Shown: positions 12,948-43,723 of the stretch, in pieces | Position numbering within the stretch: position 1 is the stretch's first letter | Layout of the letters: each line of letters opens with the position of its first letter | Source: Owenia fusiformis | Lineage: Eukaryota | Assembly (NCBI GenBank): GCA_903813345.2 | Contig: CAIIXF020000001.1 | Location: 15,128,001-15,192,000 of the forward strand | Reading direction: 5' to 3' | DNA: 64,000 nucleotides | The notes under the pieces: model-generated | Told to the model about the DNA's origin: nothing | Databases searched by the model: none | The model's input: the letters and a program-made list of their open reading frames with translations, nothing else | Position numbers and translations under genes: made by a program

Positions 12948-13060
12948 AGATGATTGAAGAGCTCGCCAAGCATGAGCCACCACGTCTACTTTTGAGGGGC
13001 TTTTGAACTATCAATTTGCAATAAAGCATTATCAAGTTCTTCCCGCTATTTAATATCTTA
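12948..13060 (-). other. Candidate first (leader) exon of NSMCE1; 5' end approximate
   Basis: Consensus GTAAGT donor at 12947 next to the ETS cluster. The NSMCE1 ATG exon begins at an acceptor (TTTATTTCCAG, exon start 4753), so an upstream exon is required. Confidence 0.45.
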
Positions 13061-13149
13061 AGTGTTGAACATATTTAGTTATTTATGGGTGTTCATATTA
13101 CTAAATACATTGATGGACGATTGAGACAGAGGGAAGAAGAAAGATCAAA

Positions 13150-13185
13150 CCGGAAGTACAAACCCGGAAATACAGACACGGAAGT
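13150..13185. promoter_or_regulatory. Triple ETS/GABP-type motif cluster; likely bidirectional SRM/NSMCE1 promoter
   Basis: CCGGAAGT (13150), CCGGAAAT (13164) and ACGGAAGT (13178) at 14-bp spacing, ~150 bp upstream of the SRM ATG. A strong minus-strand donor CT|GTAAGT lies at 12948/12947. Confidence 0.6.
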
Positions 13186-13337
13186 GAAAAGTAACATGTG
13201 TTGAAATCACAAAAACACATGTGTGAAAGTGTCTAATTATATCGTTTGATTTTCAATTTGAACACCTATTTGTCGCTCAACAAACCAATCAAGAAGTTGC
13301 ACTAGACATAGGAGAGGTCGTATGTTGATATAAAACA

Positions 13338-30437
<17,100 letters not shown>

Positions 30438-31295
30438 AGTGTATCACACAGTATACAGCGAGGGTGCCAAATTCTCAACATTTACCATCAACAAAATCAG
30501 TAAAAAAATCACACAATACACAGCAGCATGTGAGGGTGCCATATTAACAGCATTTACCATAAAAAAATAGTAATAAGACATGGAAATGAACTTTAAAATA
30601 TTAATTTTAGTTGCTTTATATTACCCATGGGTACTGACCAGATCTCGTCATTCTTTGAGTATTCAAGGTTCTGTTTTGAACTGATCATATCACCAAATTC
30701 TCTAATATACTGAGCCCATTGCTCAAGCCAAGATACAACACATACTTAACTAACTCATGGAACAAAGAGGTATGCCAGTACTGTGACATTTACTAAATAA
30801 GTGGACAATAAGCTTTTGAGTGAATTAGGTTTTGTAATAACAAGGTCAGAAAGTGTTGGTATTTTCTATTGATCAGTGATCTTATCATTTGGGTTAGTAC
30901 CTTCTAGTACATGATATTTAATGTCATGGGGACTCTACAGGAATCTCTAGTCTCCCAGAACTAGTTAGCAAGAACGGAACATATATTATTTATAATGCCA
31001 TTGAGTTGATTTTAATCAGTGATGGCATTATGTTACCGTGTTCATGTCTCATTCTACTTTTATTACATGCAATTACAAACCCTGTTTTACCTCATTTCAA
31101 CTTAAAATGAATAAAATAGATATATTTATAATACAGGTCTCTCTTTTTACTTATTTGGTAACGCATATTGATAACATTGTATCTAATGTTCTACAATTAC
31201 TTTTTACTACAATAATACAAGCTCATTCGGTCACCATGGTAACCATTATATATTTTCTTTTATTCAAGATATTGAATGAATTGAATTCTTTATCA

Positions 31296-32329
31296 TTTTT
31301 ATGTCACCACCAAAAGTGTTATGTCACCACCAAAAGTGGTGACATATTGTTATGGTCTCCGTTTTTTTCCGACGGCGGTTGGTGGTTGGCGTCCGGCGGT
31401 TGGAGGTTGGCGTCCGGCGTCTGTAACAATTTCTTACAACTTCCTATAACTTAACAAATACTGTTTAGACTGACTTCAATTTTTTTCTAAATCATCTACA
31501 TGTTCTCAGAAGTTCAAATCTGACTTTAGATTTGACATTTGACCTTCAATGACCTTCTCAAGGTCAAAAAGGTCTTTTTTCAACTTGCTTCACATTGACT
31601 AAATTTTTTTTCAAAATCATCTACATGTTCTCAGAAATTCAAATCTGACTTTAGATTTGACATTTGACCTTCAAATCTGACTTTAGATTTGACATTTGAC
31701 CTTCAATGACCTTCTCAAGGTCAAAAAAGGTCAAAAAGGTCTGTTTTCAACTTGCTTCAAATTGACTAAAAAATTTTTTCAAAATCATCGTGTTCTCAGA
31801 AATTCAAATCTGACTTTAGATTTGACTTAAGATTTGACATTTGACCTTCAATGACCTTCTCAAAATCAAAAAAGGTCAAAAAGGTCTTTTTTCAACTTGC
31901 TTCAAATTGACTAAATTTTTTTTTCAAAATCATCTACATGTTCTCAGAAATTCAAATCTGACTTTAGATTTGACATTTGACCTTCAATGACCTTCTCAAG
32001 GTCAAAAAAGGTCAAGAAGGTCTTTTTTCAACATGCTTCAAATTGACTAATTTTTTTTTTCAAAATCATCTACATGTTCTCAGAAATTCAAATCTGACTT
32101 TAGATTTGACATTTGACCTTTAATGACCTTCTCAAGGTCAAAAAAGGTCAAAAAGGTCTGTTTTCAACTTGCTTCAAATTGACCAAATTTTTTTTCAAAA
32201 TCATCTACATCTTTTCAGAAGTTCAAATTTGACTTTACAAGTTCTCAGAAATTCAAATCTGACTTAAGTTTGAACTCATAATATTGTGAGCAACTAGGTG
32301 GTGACATTTTGTCATGTTAATGCCTTGTT
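31296..32329 (+). mobile_element. Helentron-associated (HINE/pearl-like) element with ~120-bp core tandem array
   Basis: T-run + ATGTCACCACCAAAAGTGGTGACAT hairpin, GGCGGTTGG-type repeats, about six core repeats (TTCAAATCTGACTTTAGATTTGACATTTGACCTTCAATGACC...), end GGTGGTGACATTTTGTCATGTTAATGCCTTGTT. Core-less short copies at ~32449-32575 and 62330-62461. Confidence 0.72.
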
Positions 32330-35300
32330 CTAACTATAGTAGTCTCAAACTGAGATTTCACGGGCTGATTAATATATCTTGTGATCAATTATTGTCTCAA
32401 TTGGCAAATGGCACAACTCTTCTTTATTTTGCAGAGAAATATAGTCTTATTATGTCACCACCACAAGTGATGACATATTGTTAGTCTCCCAACGTTTTGT
32501 AGACAGCGGTTGAAGTTCGGTGTCTTTAACAAATGGCATATGTAACAAAAATGGCAGGTGGTGACATTTTGCTTGCTCAATTTTGATCGCAGTTTTGATC
32601 AAGCCAAACCATATACTGTTACTATTGTTAAGTACCTCAATTGAAACTCTCAGTTCTGATTGGTTAATGAGCGGTCAACAATACTACTAGGTACTTACAA
32701 TGCTACTAAATTCTGTTGACTGCTACTTTTGAAAAAAAAAGTTTTTTAAATGTTGAAAAAATTGAAAAAATAAGTTGTGAAAAAAATTACAAATATATTC
32801 CACGGTATGGGGATTTTTTTGCAAAAATATGATACCTACACTTATCAAATATGTTTCAATATATGTTCAAATATGTCCAAAAATTTATACCTCAACAGTA
32901 AACTTTGAGAGTACTGTTGACCTAGACCTCCTGTCTTGGTCAACAGTAGTTTCAAAGTTTACAGTATATACAATTTTGCCAGTTGACCTCAAGAGAGGTC
33001 TACAATTGTAAGTCTAAGAAACAAATTCTATTTGAAAATGATTCACACATAGCAAGGCAAGCGGTGTCCGATTCCAGCCAATCCGAACACAGTATTTCAC
33101 ATACAGAACAGTGTGTGAAATATCAATAACACATGCAAGGTCACTAGTTAAACAGTTGTCATGGTGATGAATGGACTTTTCACATTGGATTTGATGACTT
33201 GTCAATTTGACCCTTTCAAAATCTTTCATTGAAAATGTGTGCCTTTAAGCGATTTCATTCCTTTTGGATGATTTTGTAGAAAAAAAAAATTGTAATGTGT
33301 GAAAAAAATTTAAGCCCAAGAGTAGACTCAATGCATTGTAGCATTGTATGATTCAGCAAACAATGCACTGAGTCCAGGGCTTAAATCCTTAATTTGATGA
33401 TTTGTGAAAACAAATTATGCATAAATGTAATGAAATGAGTTCAACTATCCTATAGAATAGAAAATGTTTTTTATAGTCACGACCGTAAATCTGACAAAAT
33501 GAGTGGAGGGGGATGATGAGATTTCTGATAGAAAATTCAACAAATTAGCAAGATTCATCTTTTTTACTTCAAAAATATGCGGGAAATTCAAATTTTCAAG
33601 TCATGACAATAATATTTGGATGTTAAACAATACTTTCAAACTGAACATTAATTATGGCAATAATATTTGGATATTAAACAATATTTCCAAACTCTACACG
33701 GTGCCTTTAATCTTAAAAAACGTATTACTTGAAACATTTTTTAATTATAGTCTCAAATTAGCTGCTAGTACGTCAACATTAAGTACAATAAGCTGCAGGT
33801 GCTAAAAGAACAATGTTGCACCCTCTTCTGCCGCGCTAATGAAATTGGTTTATTTAATTGGAAACTAATCCTCTTTATGTCTTATTCAAATCTACGCTAT
33901 AAATCAGAGTCTTAGACACTGATCATGGTATGAAATATCGGTAGGTACACAATGTCTCTTATGATAAGGCAATTCTTGATATAAATAGATAAACTCTCTT
34001 GAACAGTTCATGGAACCTCATATTTTTATTCCAGTTAATTAGTTGTATGCAATCCAAGTAGTATTTGCATGTTTCCCAAACATGTTCACTGTAACTAGTG
34101 GGAATTGTTTCCTCGTTTTCAGACAGGCATGATGATAAATCAGTGTATGTGAAATTAACCTGGGTGCATCACCTTAAAAACAATTTCATGAAATTATGGT
34201 TTTCATATTCTATTAATTCATTTGGCAACAAAGAGCGAAGAATATTACCCTGCGCTCAGAGTCTAATGTAAAGTCCGAAGACGAACTCTCTTTTAAGAAT
34301 CAAAGTCGAACGAATGCAAATGGACGTATATTCTGCAATGACCTTGAGCTTCTGATTTGACCTTGTTTGACCTCAATAATGTATTGTAAAACAACATAGC
34401 ATTGCCCCTGAAATGGCTTAAAATGCAATCGTTTTCAAAGAGTTTGATTTTCAAACTTGTAAGTAGAACACATCGATCGCAATCGATCGCAATCGATCTT
34501 TCTACTATTTTTTTTAATTATGATGATTCGTGAATCTATTTTACTAACACCAAACATGAATATTTTAGGTGAAATTTGAAAGAAAAGATGTTAAAAGATG
34601 TTACTGAATTAGTTGTTATATTCAAAAGAAAGATACTTGCAAATCACGTCAAAATATGCAAAATAAGGTATCCAGTTAATAAGTTTATTTGTTGATGTTT
34701 GCTAAGTACTGGCTGCATGGAGTTGCATCAGTTAACAATGTTTTGTACTAATAAGGACTAAGTCATACTTGAAAGGAACTGATTAAGAAAAAGTAGTAAA
34801 AAGATAAATTGATGAATTTAATATATAATTGGTTGTTAATGACGCCCATTCTCTACTATTTTAAACAAAGGAGCGAGTTGCATCTTGAAACTAGAAATTG
34901 AATGCCTCATCAGGATGGTTTTTCTGCCTTATAATTTTGAAAAATCATCAGTGGCCTAAATTAATGGATAACTTTCTGCAACCTCTGATTTGCTCATTTT
35001 TGTCATGTGTATAAGATTATAAGCCACATACGCAAGCCCATTATGATTATTTGTTAATACAAGGGATCCAATCACCAATCAGCGCTCGGGTATTACAGGG
35101 AGTACTAATAATCAGATTCCACCATCTACTGCCCCGCTAAATAGTAAACACGCATCAATTATTGACGTCACCCAAAGGCCAGAAAGTTGTACACTCTGAT
35201 TTGAGGTATTTAGACTTATTGGAAACGTTACCGAGGGAACTATTTAGTGGATGTTAATATTCAAGAGAAGGCGAGCAATTAAATTGGACCCACGCGTTTT

Positions 35301-35913
35301 TAAATATTGAATTCTTATAAGAACTTTTGACTGATTGTATCAAGAGTTGAGTACGGATTCCAAATAGGTAAGGACTACCTCAGTTTATATTATTGTTAAA
35401 CGATATTAATGTGTTTTTATTCAGTTTCACATTTTAAGCTCTGTCTTGGTTGAACCATAATAAATGTTTTACATCTAATAACCATTCCAAAATAAAGTAA
35501 TTAAAAATAGAGAGAGAGGCGATACTTTAGAAACTTATTCAAACAGGAAAGTGGAAAAAAGTTGTCCATTAAACATATGATACGCGGTGGGCCAAAATGT
35601 CCATGTATTATTAAGCTAAACAAGAACATTTCTAGAATTTGTAACCGGGACTTGCATTCGCAATTTGTAAATAGACAGTATGCAAAATGGTTGAAATTGC
35701 CCCTAGACTGAACAGTCAGTAAATTACTATACTGTAATAATAGCTTTAATTTATGTTATTATATAATTAAACTTTTGATGTATAGTAACTTCCATAGTTT
35801 TAGAAACTTTCTATTTTTGATGACTGAATCTGTGCGGAATCTGTGGAATCACCAAATTACTCTGCATGCAAAGTGGTTGAAGTGACAAGAAATCTCATCA
35901 ATCTTTCAATAGA

Positions 35914-36390
35914 CACTGGTGATCCACTCGATTACGCTGGTTACCGAAACGATTCGTTTTGGTAACAAAATGTCGGAGCGTCGAAGGTACACGTACGATT
36001 TCACGCGTTGTAGGCAGAATCCCCACGACGTTTTTTCTCACAAACGTATATCAGTATCATATGTTTTAGAAAATGTTCATGTTTGCGAAAAAATAGCTCA
36101 GAAGACAACAGAATCGTCGATTTAATTCCTCACTTAAGTTACATAAACGGTTTGGGTTAAAAGTGCAGATCTTAACTGTTTTTCGAAAAACCGTTTATGT
36201 AACTTAAGTGAAGAATTAAATCGACGATTCTGTTGTCTTCTGAACTATTTGTTCGCACATATGCACATTTTCTTCACACGTTTGTGTTAAAAAATGTCTT
36301 GGGAATTCTGCCTACAACGTGTGAAATAAGGAAAAGAGAAAAATCGTACCTTCGGTGTTCCGACATTTTGTTACCAAAACAAACCGAACC
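35914..36390. mobile_element. Palindromic CACTGG-ended MITE (family A), right end truncated
   Basis: Starts CACTGGTGATCCACTCG; the arms are inverted copies of each other around ~36170. Confidence 0.75.
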
Positions 36391-37218
36391 GAAATGTGCA
36401 ATGTCTTTTACCAATCATATCTTTTTATTTTTCGTTATTATCATACCAAACATTCAGAGATATAATATGTGTATCTTCGACCAAATGGAGAAAATTTCAA
36501 AGAATTTCGTAAATATGATAAAAAGTTCGAAAGGATGGAATAGAACAACTCCCACGTGAAAAAAATAGATCGTTACTTTTTACCATAATTTGACGTCATA
36601 ACTCTAATAAGAAATCCTATACCCACCAGCAATGTGCTCAAGAAGGGGATCTTCTATTGATGAAGTTAAACTGTTAATTACGTATAGAGGAATACACCAT
36701 TTTAAAAAGTTTTCAATCCAATGAAATTCTGTGAAAAATATCGGTTATAGAATGAAGGTCGAATTAATTTCAACCATTTTGCGATAACATTTGCTTCAGA
36801 TTCTGAAGTCTCTTCTCAGTTCAAATTTAGAGGTAGGGGTAACATATAGCATATACTTGAAATTGTAAGATAATTATAACGCTTAATATTTCTCAACGAC
36901 CCCTAAGAATGTTATACATCCTATACTTAGCTTATACATACCAAAAATTATGTCAGATGTGATCTATAAATGTGTTTATTGAGACGTGTCGCAAAAAGGT
37001 GGCGCATTTGTTTTTTAAGGGTATCGCGTAAATGTAACTTTGATTCCCCGGATTATAAGATAATATTCTAATTAAAGTTATATATCATTTTAAAGCTGTT
37101 TCGATGAAGATTTTAGATCAACTACACTCTGTTCACATTTTTGCGCGTTCGTTTTTAAAAAAGAGTTTTTTTACCAAAACATCTGGCAAATATCCCATGT
37201 TGACATGTTACATTTTGA

Positions 37219-37982
37219 ATTATTACCTCAACGAATGAAGTTCGGTAGGGATATAGTGAAGCCCTCCGTCCGTCAGTCCGTCAGTCAGTCAGTCCGTCCG
37301 TCCGTCCGGAAGATAACTCAAATATTAGTAGACGGATTTTCTTCATATTTGGTGGAAAGATGTATATTGATGAATAGTTTTACGCAAAAAAAACTTTTTC
37401 AAGATGGCCGCCGCTTTAAAAATGACGGGACTTTTTCGCAAAAATCATAAATTTTTCATTCTAAACCAAAGTAATTATTTATTGTTTGAAATTTTGGTAG
37501 TATATTTGCAACATCTATCTATTTCACATATATTCCGTGTTTTTCATCCTGACCCCCAGGGGCCGTGTATGGGGGGTCAAGAAAACAGAAATTTTCGCTA
37601 ATTTTTAGATCTTTCTGAAGTATAGCTTTATTATACTCAAATGAAAGGCAATTAAGAGTAGATTGCAAATATTGTATCTTTTTTCCTGATTCGAGCCTCG
37701 TAAAATTCAAAATGGCCGTCTAATGTACGATTTCGCAATAATTTTTCGATCCCTTCAAAGTATGGCTATATAATACTCAAATTGAAGGAATTTTGGAGTA
37801 GATCACAATTATGGTATTCTTTTTCAGATTTGTACCTCAGAAAATTCAAAATGGCTGCACAATTCTAAAATCTAAATTTTTCAATTTTAACCAAAGTAAT
37901 GAGTATAATTGGTTGGAATTCGGTAATTGATATTTTGTTCGTTGGGATTTGCTACTCCGCGGAGTTGCCATTATCTAGTTTT
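37219..37982 (+). mobile_element. Second Helentron-associated/pearl-like element
   Basis: 5' TTATTACCTCAACGAA sub-TIR, (GTCC/GTCA)n microsatellite at 37266-37308, internal repeats, 3' TTCGTTGGG, palindrome CTCCGCGGAG, then CTAGTTTTT. Nested inside inverted ends GAGACGTGTCGCAAAAAG (36981) and CTTTTTGCGACACGTCTG (~38639). Confidence 0.7.
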
Positions 37983-39524
37983 TCGTCTTTAAACGCTCAT
38001 AACTCAAACAATATATGACTATTATACTTATTTTTCGTCTTGATAAAGGTAGATGGAAGTTTTATTTCAAAGGATGAATTTTAGTAAGCGTCCCATATTG
38101 TGACGTCATAGAGTCTGAAAAATAGAATCTGTTGACAGCGACCTTTTTTGCTCATTTTTTGGTACCTTCAACTTTTCAGGTGTACATTAAACCAAAAATA
38201 CGAGATCAATTTTTAATAAATCATACATGATTATTTTGCTCCTAAACTCTAGTTTATTAATAAATAGTTGATTTTGTTCACAAAAGTATGTGTTTTCTGT
38301 TGTATGTGGAAAAGTGGAGGACGAAAGGTTTTCAAAATTCATTAAAATAGGGCTAATTTACGCCATTCGCCTATTTCCAAGCACAGCAACACGTATATTT
38401 ATTTCACCTAAAATATCAATTGATTCGTGTTTTATGATGCTCCTAGCCCACTACTGATATCAGAGTTATTCGTCTAAAATGTTTTGAGATATAGAGGTAA
38501 ATGTGGAGGACGAAAGGATTTCCATGTGTGTACATTTTTCTCAAAAACGTCACATTCTATCATGTTAAAAGCGAGGATCCTCTGGATTACGCCACAAAAT
38601 GTGTAACAATGCGTGCGCGAGCTTTTTGCGACACGTCTGAGCAAAATTGTTACATTCTATTCCTAATTTCACTGCTAAAATCGTCTAAAAATAATGTTTT
38701 AGACGGGTTTTGGCACTTCTTCTGTCAGTGTGTCAATGTTTATTTCAAACCTGTCAGTTATGACTAGTTCAGGATGGGCTTTACAATGGTATGAAGAATA
38801 TAACACATAGAAAATTATGTCATAGGCTTAGAGGAAATGTATTCCAAATTGTAATTTATGACGTAATTTAAAGGAAAAAGTCACATTTAGTGAGTTTGTG
38901 TGACACTACATGTACTTTTAACCATTGCTAATCTTTTTTTTAATTTTAATTTTTTTTAAATTTCCACCATTTATTTACAATATTTATGCCATGTGCCTCC
39001 AAGAGTTTGGCAATATTATTTAAAAAAATGAAAATGTTATGACTGATAAAGGACCATGCATCTTTTTTTCTTTACAGAGGGTATGCACATTTTACCTAGC
39101 TCTCTGTATAGCTAATAAACTAAACAATAATGATACTCAATACATAGAATAAGCACTAGTTCCCTAATTGAGTCTTTGTCTCATCTCATACCACGAACAA
39201 GCAATGAAGATGATCATATATAGTATTTTTGATAGAAAGCAGGTCAAATAGGGTGAAAATGGGCCAGATTGTTCTCAGGGGTCAGGTATTTTGAGGATTT
39301 TCTTTAGGCCTAAATTTATTTCAAATTCAATTTTACATTGTTGTGTAATAATTTACAGTTAATGCATAACTCACATCATAAACATATTTTGTGTTGAAAA
39401 ATCAAGATTTTTTAGTTTGATGAAAAATAATGAGGAAATTAATTCCTAAGCGCAGAAAAGTGGTTCAGAGAAAAAAGCATTCTGAAATTTTGGTTCTCAT
39501 TGAACACAATGGTACATACAATTT

Positions 39525-40090
39525 TATTTCCAACCTACCTAGACCAACTATTATATGAACTCAGACTTTGATTTCTATGGTCAGAAACTTAAATTCATGG
39601 CCAGAACGGGATGTTTTGGCCTTCGCTCCGACCTTCAAAGATGGGGTCAAGGCAATGGTATATGTCTCTTTTGTAACCTCAATGTTAAAGATACTGTACA
39701 GCATAGACTTTTTGTCTGTCCCTACTTTGGTAGTGATAGGAATGTATTTTTCAATAATGTTGTGTCAAACTGCAACCACCAACTCTCCTCTGACTTTCTA
39801 GCAGGAAGTGTACAACTAAAAACATGTTGGGCTCTGGGAGATGACACTTTAATCTTGTGGGGACATGATAATTACGTGAAGTTTGACAAATATGTCAAAT
39901 TGTTTTTAAAGAAAATACATGTACAGTGCACACAATAGTCGTATGCATGTTTTTAGTGGCCTTTTGCATGATATGTTTTATCCCATTTATATTTTATATA
40001 TGATGTATTGGATGCACCGATTGAGTGCCGCTGCTCTAAAAGCGTTTTCCAAATAAATAAATAAGAAATAAAATAAAACAAATAAAATAA
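39525..40090 (+). mobile_element. 5'-truncated non-LTR retrotransposon 3' end
   Basis: ORF 39555-39938 with CLFC-x8-H-x4-C zinc knuckle, then 3' UTR and (AATAA)n tail. Confidence 0.75.
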
Positions 40091-40838
40091 TTGCTTAAAT
40101 TTGAAAGTTTAGCATATTTAAAAAGTATTTTAAATACGAGAAAGAATTGACGATTATTAAAATTGCCACCCGAGTTAGATCGTAGCAAATCACCGTGATA
40201 CCATACATTTTTGAAAATGCTGTAAAACTTTTGCCTGATGATCTATTCAATGGAGAAAATATTTGTGTTTTACAGTGTTAAGTGTTGTATTTGACAGCTT
40301 GATGATCTAAAAATCGAAATTTTGTTTCTAAAATGTTTCTAAAATTATACTTGTTGAACAACCTTTTTTCAAAAATCATTTCTAAAAGTGTTTTTAAAGT
40401 GTTTTGTTAAAAGTGGATTTTCAAGTCGAAAAGTAATTTGAATGATTGTCGAAATGTCGATTAGGTAATCAATGTGAAGTTGGAAGCAATGCACAATTGC
40501 GTACGATTTACAGCGAAAAATAGTATGTACACTGTACATGTGAAAGCAAGTTGTTGTTTTACCACAAGGTGGGTTAATTAGAGATTATTAGTTTCTTGAC
40601 GATCGTCTTTTTTTATGTTATTTATAAATGTCAGTATATCTTATTAGTTAATTTTTAATAGTCCTGCACCAAGACTGTTTCTCCCCTGCGATTTCAACTT
40701 CTCAAGGTGTAACTGCATGCATGTTGTGTTGGAAAGGTGAGCTGTACGTGCATATGGGGGGACATAGTGTTGAAGCAAAACTAGCTCTTTATCAATATAT
40801 TACTTACACGAGGGTGCACTTTGTACGTATTGCAGCAT

Positions 40839-41159
40839 CACTGGTGATCCACTCGATTAGGCTGGAACCGTTTCGGTAACAAAATGTCGGAACGTCGAAG
40901 GTACGATTTTTCTTTTTAACCCCTACCGTTTATGTAATTTAAGTGAGGAATTAAATCGACGATTATGTTGTCTTCTGGGCTATTTTTTCGCAAACATGTA
41001 CATTTTCTAAAACATATGATACTGATACACGTTTGTGAGAAAAGATGTGGGGATTCTGCCTACGACGCGTGAAATAAGGAAAAAAGAAAAATCGTTCCGA
41101 CATTTTGTTACCGAAACGGTTCGTTTCGGTAACCAGCGTAATCGAGCGGATCACCAGTG
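40839..41159. mobile_element. Family A MITE with both ends and 5-bp TSD (Transib-like)
   Basis: CACTGGTGATCC...GGATCACCAGTG flanked by AGCAT (40834-40838 and 41160-41164). Confidence 0.8.
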
Positions 41160-42045
41160 AGCATGAAAAAACGTCCATTGAAAGATTTCAACAAAATGTA
41201 CAAGTTTAGCTGGTGTAGCAGAGTAGATGCACCTTCGTTTAGCCAGGCCAGGAAGCACACGCTCGTGTTCAAATAAGGCAGATACTGCACATTAAAGCAA
41301 ACATGTTAAAGGGGAATCGATGGTAATTGTCTCATGTTAAACTTGTTAAACACTAATTCATTGCAGTTTAGTGGGAAAGAAGTTACAGAAATGATAGATT
41401 TTCAGGGAAAATAATGGCTAATTGTGTCATCAAGGTGAATCGGTTTAATTGGATAACATTAATTTGAGATAAAAGGAACCCATTAAGTCTGGGCGAAGCT
41501 CCTAAATTATTCCTGTCCGAAATCGTATATAGTGGCAAAGTGACTTTTTATCGCAACTATTAGAGACCTAGAAAAGTGAGAATCAGATCACGAGCAACTT
41601 GACCAGAATTTTATCTAAAGGGACATTCCTTCCCAGAATAATATGCACGGTAGCCAGGCCCGTATCCAGTATAGGGGGGGGGGGGTTGAGTTTTCAAAAA
41701 TCCCCCCCTGGCTGCGGGCCTGGTAGCTATAACCATAATACATATACTTTCCATATTTAGCAAACATGGGCAAATGTTTTGATATGGTCAATGTTGATCA
41801 TTTCAAAATTGTAGTGTCGACTTAGAATCAAAGAAGAGATTATTAATAGACAAAAGAATATTCATCAGCTGGTTTTATTATTCTCAATACCACTTGCCTA
41901 ATGCTATATGCAAATTGAGTTGATGACATCAATTCGTGTGTTAAATTTTTAAAAATGGCAGGTTACTAGATATGAGCAATTCATTTTGAAATTGACCATA
42001 TCAAAACATTTTCCATATTTTGCTGGAAAGTATATAATATGTATG

Positions 42046-42690
42046 GTTTAAGTTTAAAGTTTAAAAATAGTTTATCACAGTGTCACCTGTGACATATACA
42101 ATTAAATACAATATAGTATAAATACATTAAGTACAGGTAATAAATCACAACCAGCCTGCATCGGCTTATGAGACACCATCAATTCAGAACAATATAAATA
42201 TAAAATAAAATATGAACTGCACAATGATTAATTATGTATTGATCATTGACGTTTTCTCCTGGACCAAAATTTAAAAACAGTTGCTGCAAGTTTATATTGG
42301 ATGCTGGCAGTTTTTATAAGAGTGAGCATTTTAATGTCTTGTGGCATATCTTTGAAATTGCAAGGGAGTAGGTTTTCAATACTTTCTAAGAAACAATCTC
42401 TAATGTCTGTGTATGCATGGCATTCTAAAAGGAAATGTTTTTCTGTTTCAACTGGGAAACCAATGTCTGAGCATACCTGGCATACGTTGTTGGAGGGGTG
42501 TGTTTGATAAACGTCTATGCATGAGTTATAGAGATCCGCATATAAGTCTGGACAACCCTCTAAGCAACAACGACTTTTGGGATTTAGAGCGATTTCTTCT
42601 TTGGTCTAAATATGCTGCCTTTAAAAATTGTTCAAAGATGCAATTTCATTATATTTAGACAATCTATTTTTATGTACTTCAATGACAAAA
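42046..42690 (-). mobile_element. Non-LTR retrotransposon 3' remnant (L2/Daphne-like zinc knuckle)
   Basis: Frameshifted ...QQR/CQVCSDIGFPVETEKHFLLECHAYTDIR...; short (TTAAAC)n tail. Confidence 0.7.
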
Positions 42691-43684
42691 ACTATTTATA
42701 CAGAAACCGTTGTTGATGATAACCATACCACTGTTTCACCATTGTTATAATACAATTCCAAGTTTAGCGCTCATTAAAAGACAACGAATGAGCGTAAAAA
42801 CTGCGCAGATGAGTGAAAACTGAAGGTGCAAACAAGAATTTCATACATCACCTTTTTAGTTCAATGATTAACAAATCGACTGCGCAATAGAATAATATCA
42901 TTATGGAAAATACCATATTTCTCATGGGGGCTCTTCAGAAAAATATTTCAATTTAGCGCCCATGGGCGCTATCATGGATGAGGCCCACCACGTAACTAGA
43001 TTAAAAAAATCTCCGGTAGGGTGATTGAAATCAAATTGAAATTAATAATTGTTTTTTTTTATGATTGCAATAGATAGGATTTCTTGTGTACAGTCCCTGT
43101 AGTGGTGGATTTAAAATACTGAGTCAACATTAATTTGTTGATTAGCAAAAACAAGATTTCGAGGCATGAAAGGAATATTTTCAAAGGCAATCACATTAGT
43201 AGCATGTAAAAGATCTCAAGACGAATATTGTTGCTGTTTAAGTGTCTTTGGGAATATTCACTCGCCAAGACATTCTGTCAAGTTGATAGAATCTTTAAAT
43301 TAATATTTTGTTAATCATATTGGATTGGACTCCTTGTGGAGATTAACTAATTTCGTAATCAACGCAGAGGGATCTGTTGAGAAATGTAAGGCTTGATCAC
43401 GGACAGCTTCACGTCATATTTGTTGTCGCGTTTGTGAACTGCTGAACTGTGTTGAATTTCTACACAAATATGTAGTTATGCCCATTTTGGTATTTTCTTG
43501 ATTAATCAGATTCCAAGTTGAAGATCGGTGGACACTGGTCGACTGTTGACCCATTGGTTGCCTGATATAGGCTAATGCCACGATTCAGTAAAAACGTCTT
43601 TGGTCTGACCAGTATACTTTATTATTATCTCTCGAAGTAAAATTCATTGAGGTCATTTGACGAATTGGGTTGCAAAGGCACAAC

Positions 43685-43685
<1 letters not shown>

Positions 43686-43723
<38 letters not shown>
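43686..43723. repeat. (CAT)n microsatellite
   Basis: Directly visible. Confidence 0.95.

Noticed and set aside
30455-30575. Diverged ~70-bp duplication in the SRM 3' UTR as a regulatory element
   Set aside because: Only two degenerate copies, with no structure or known motif to support function.
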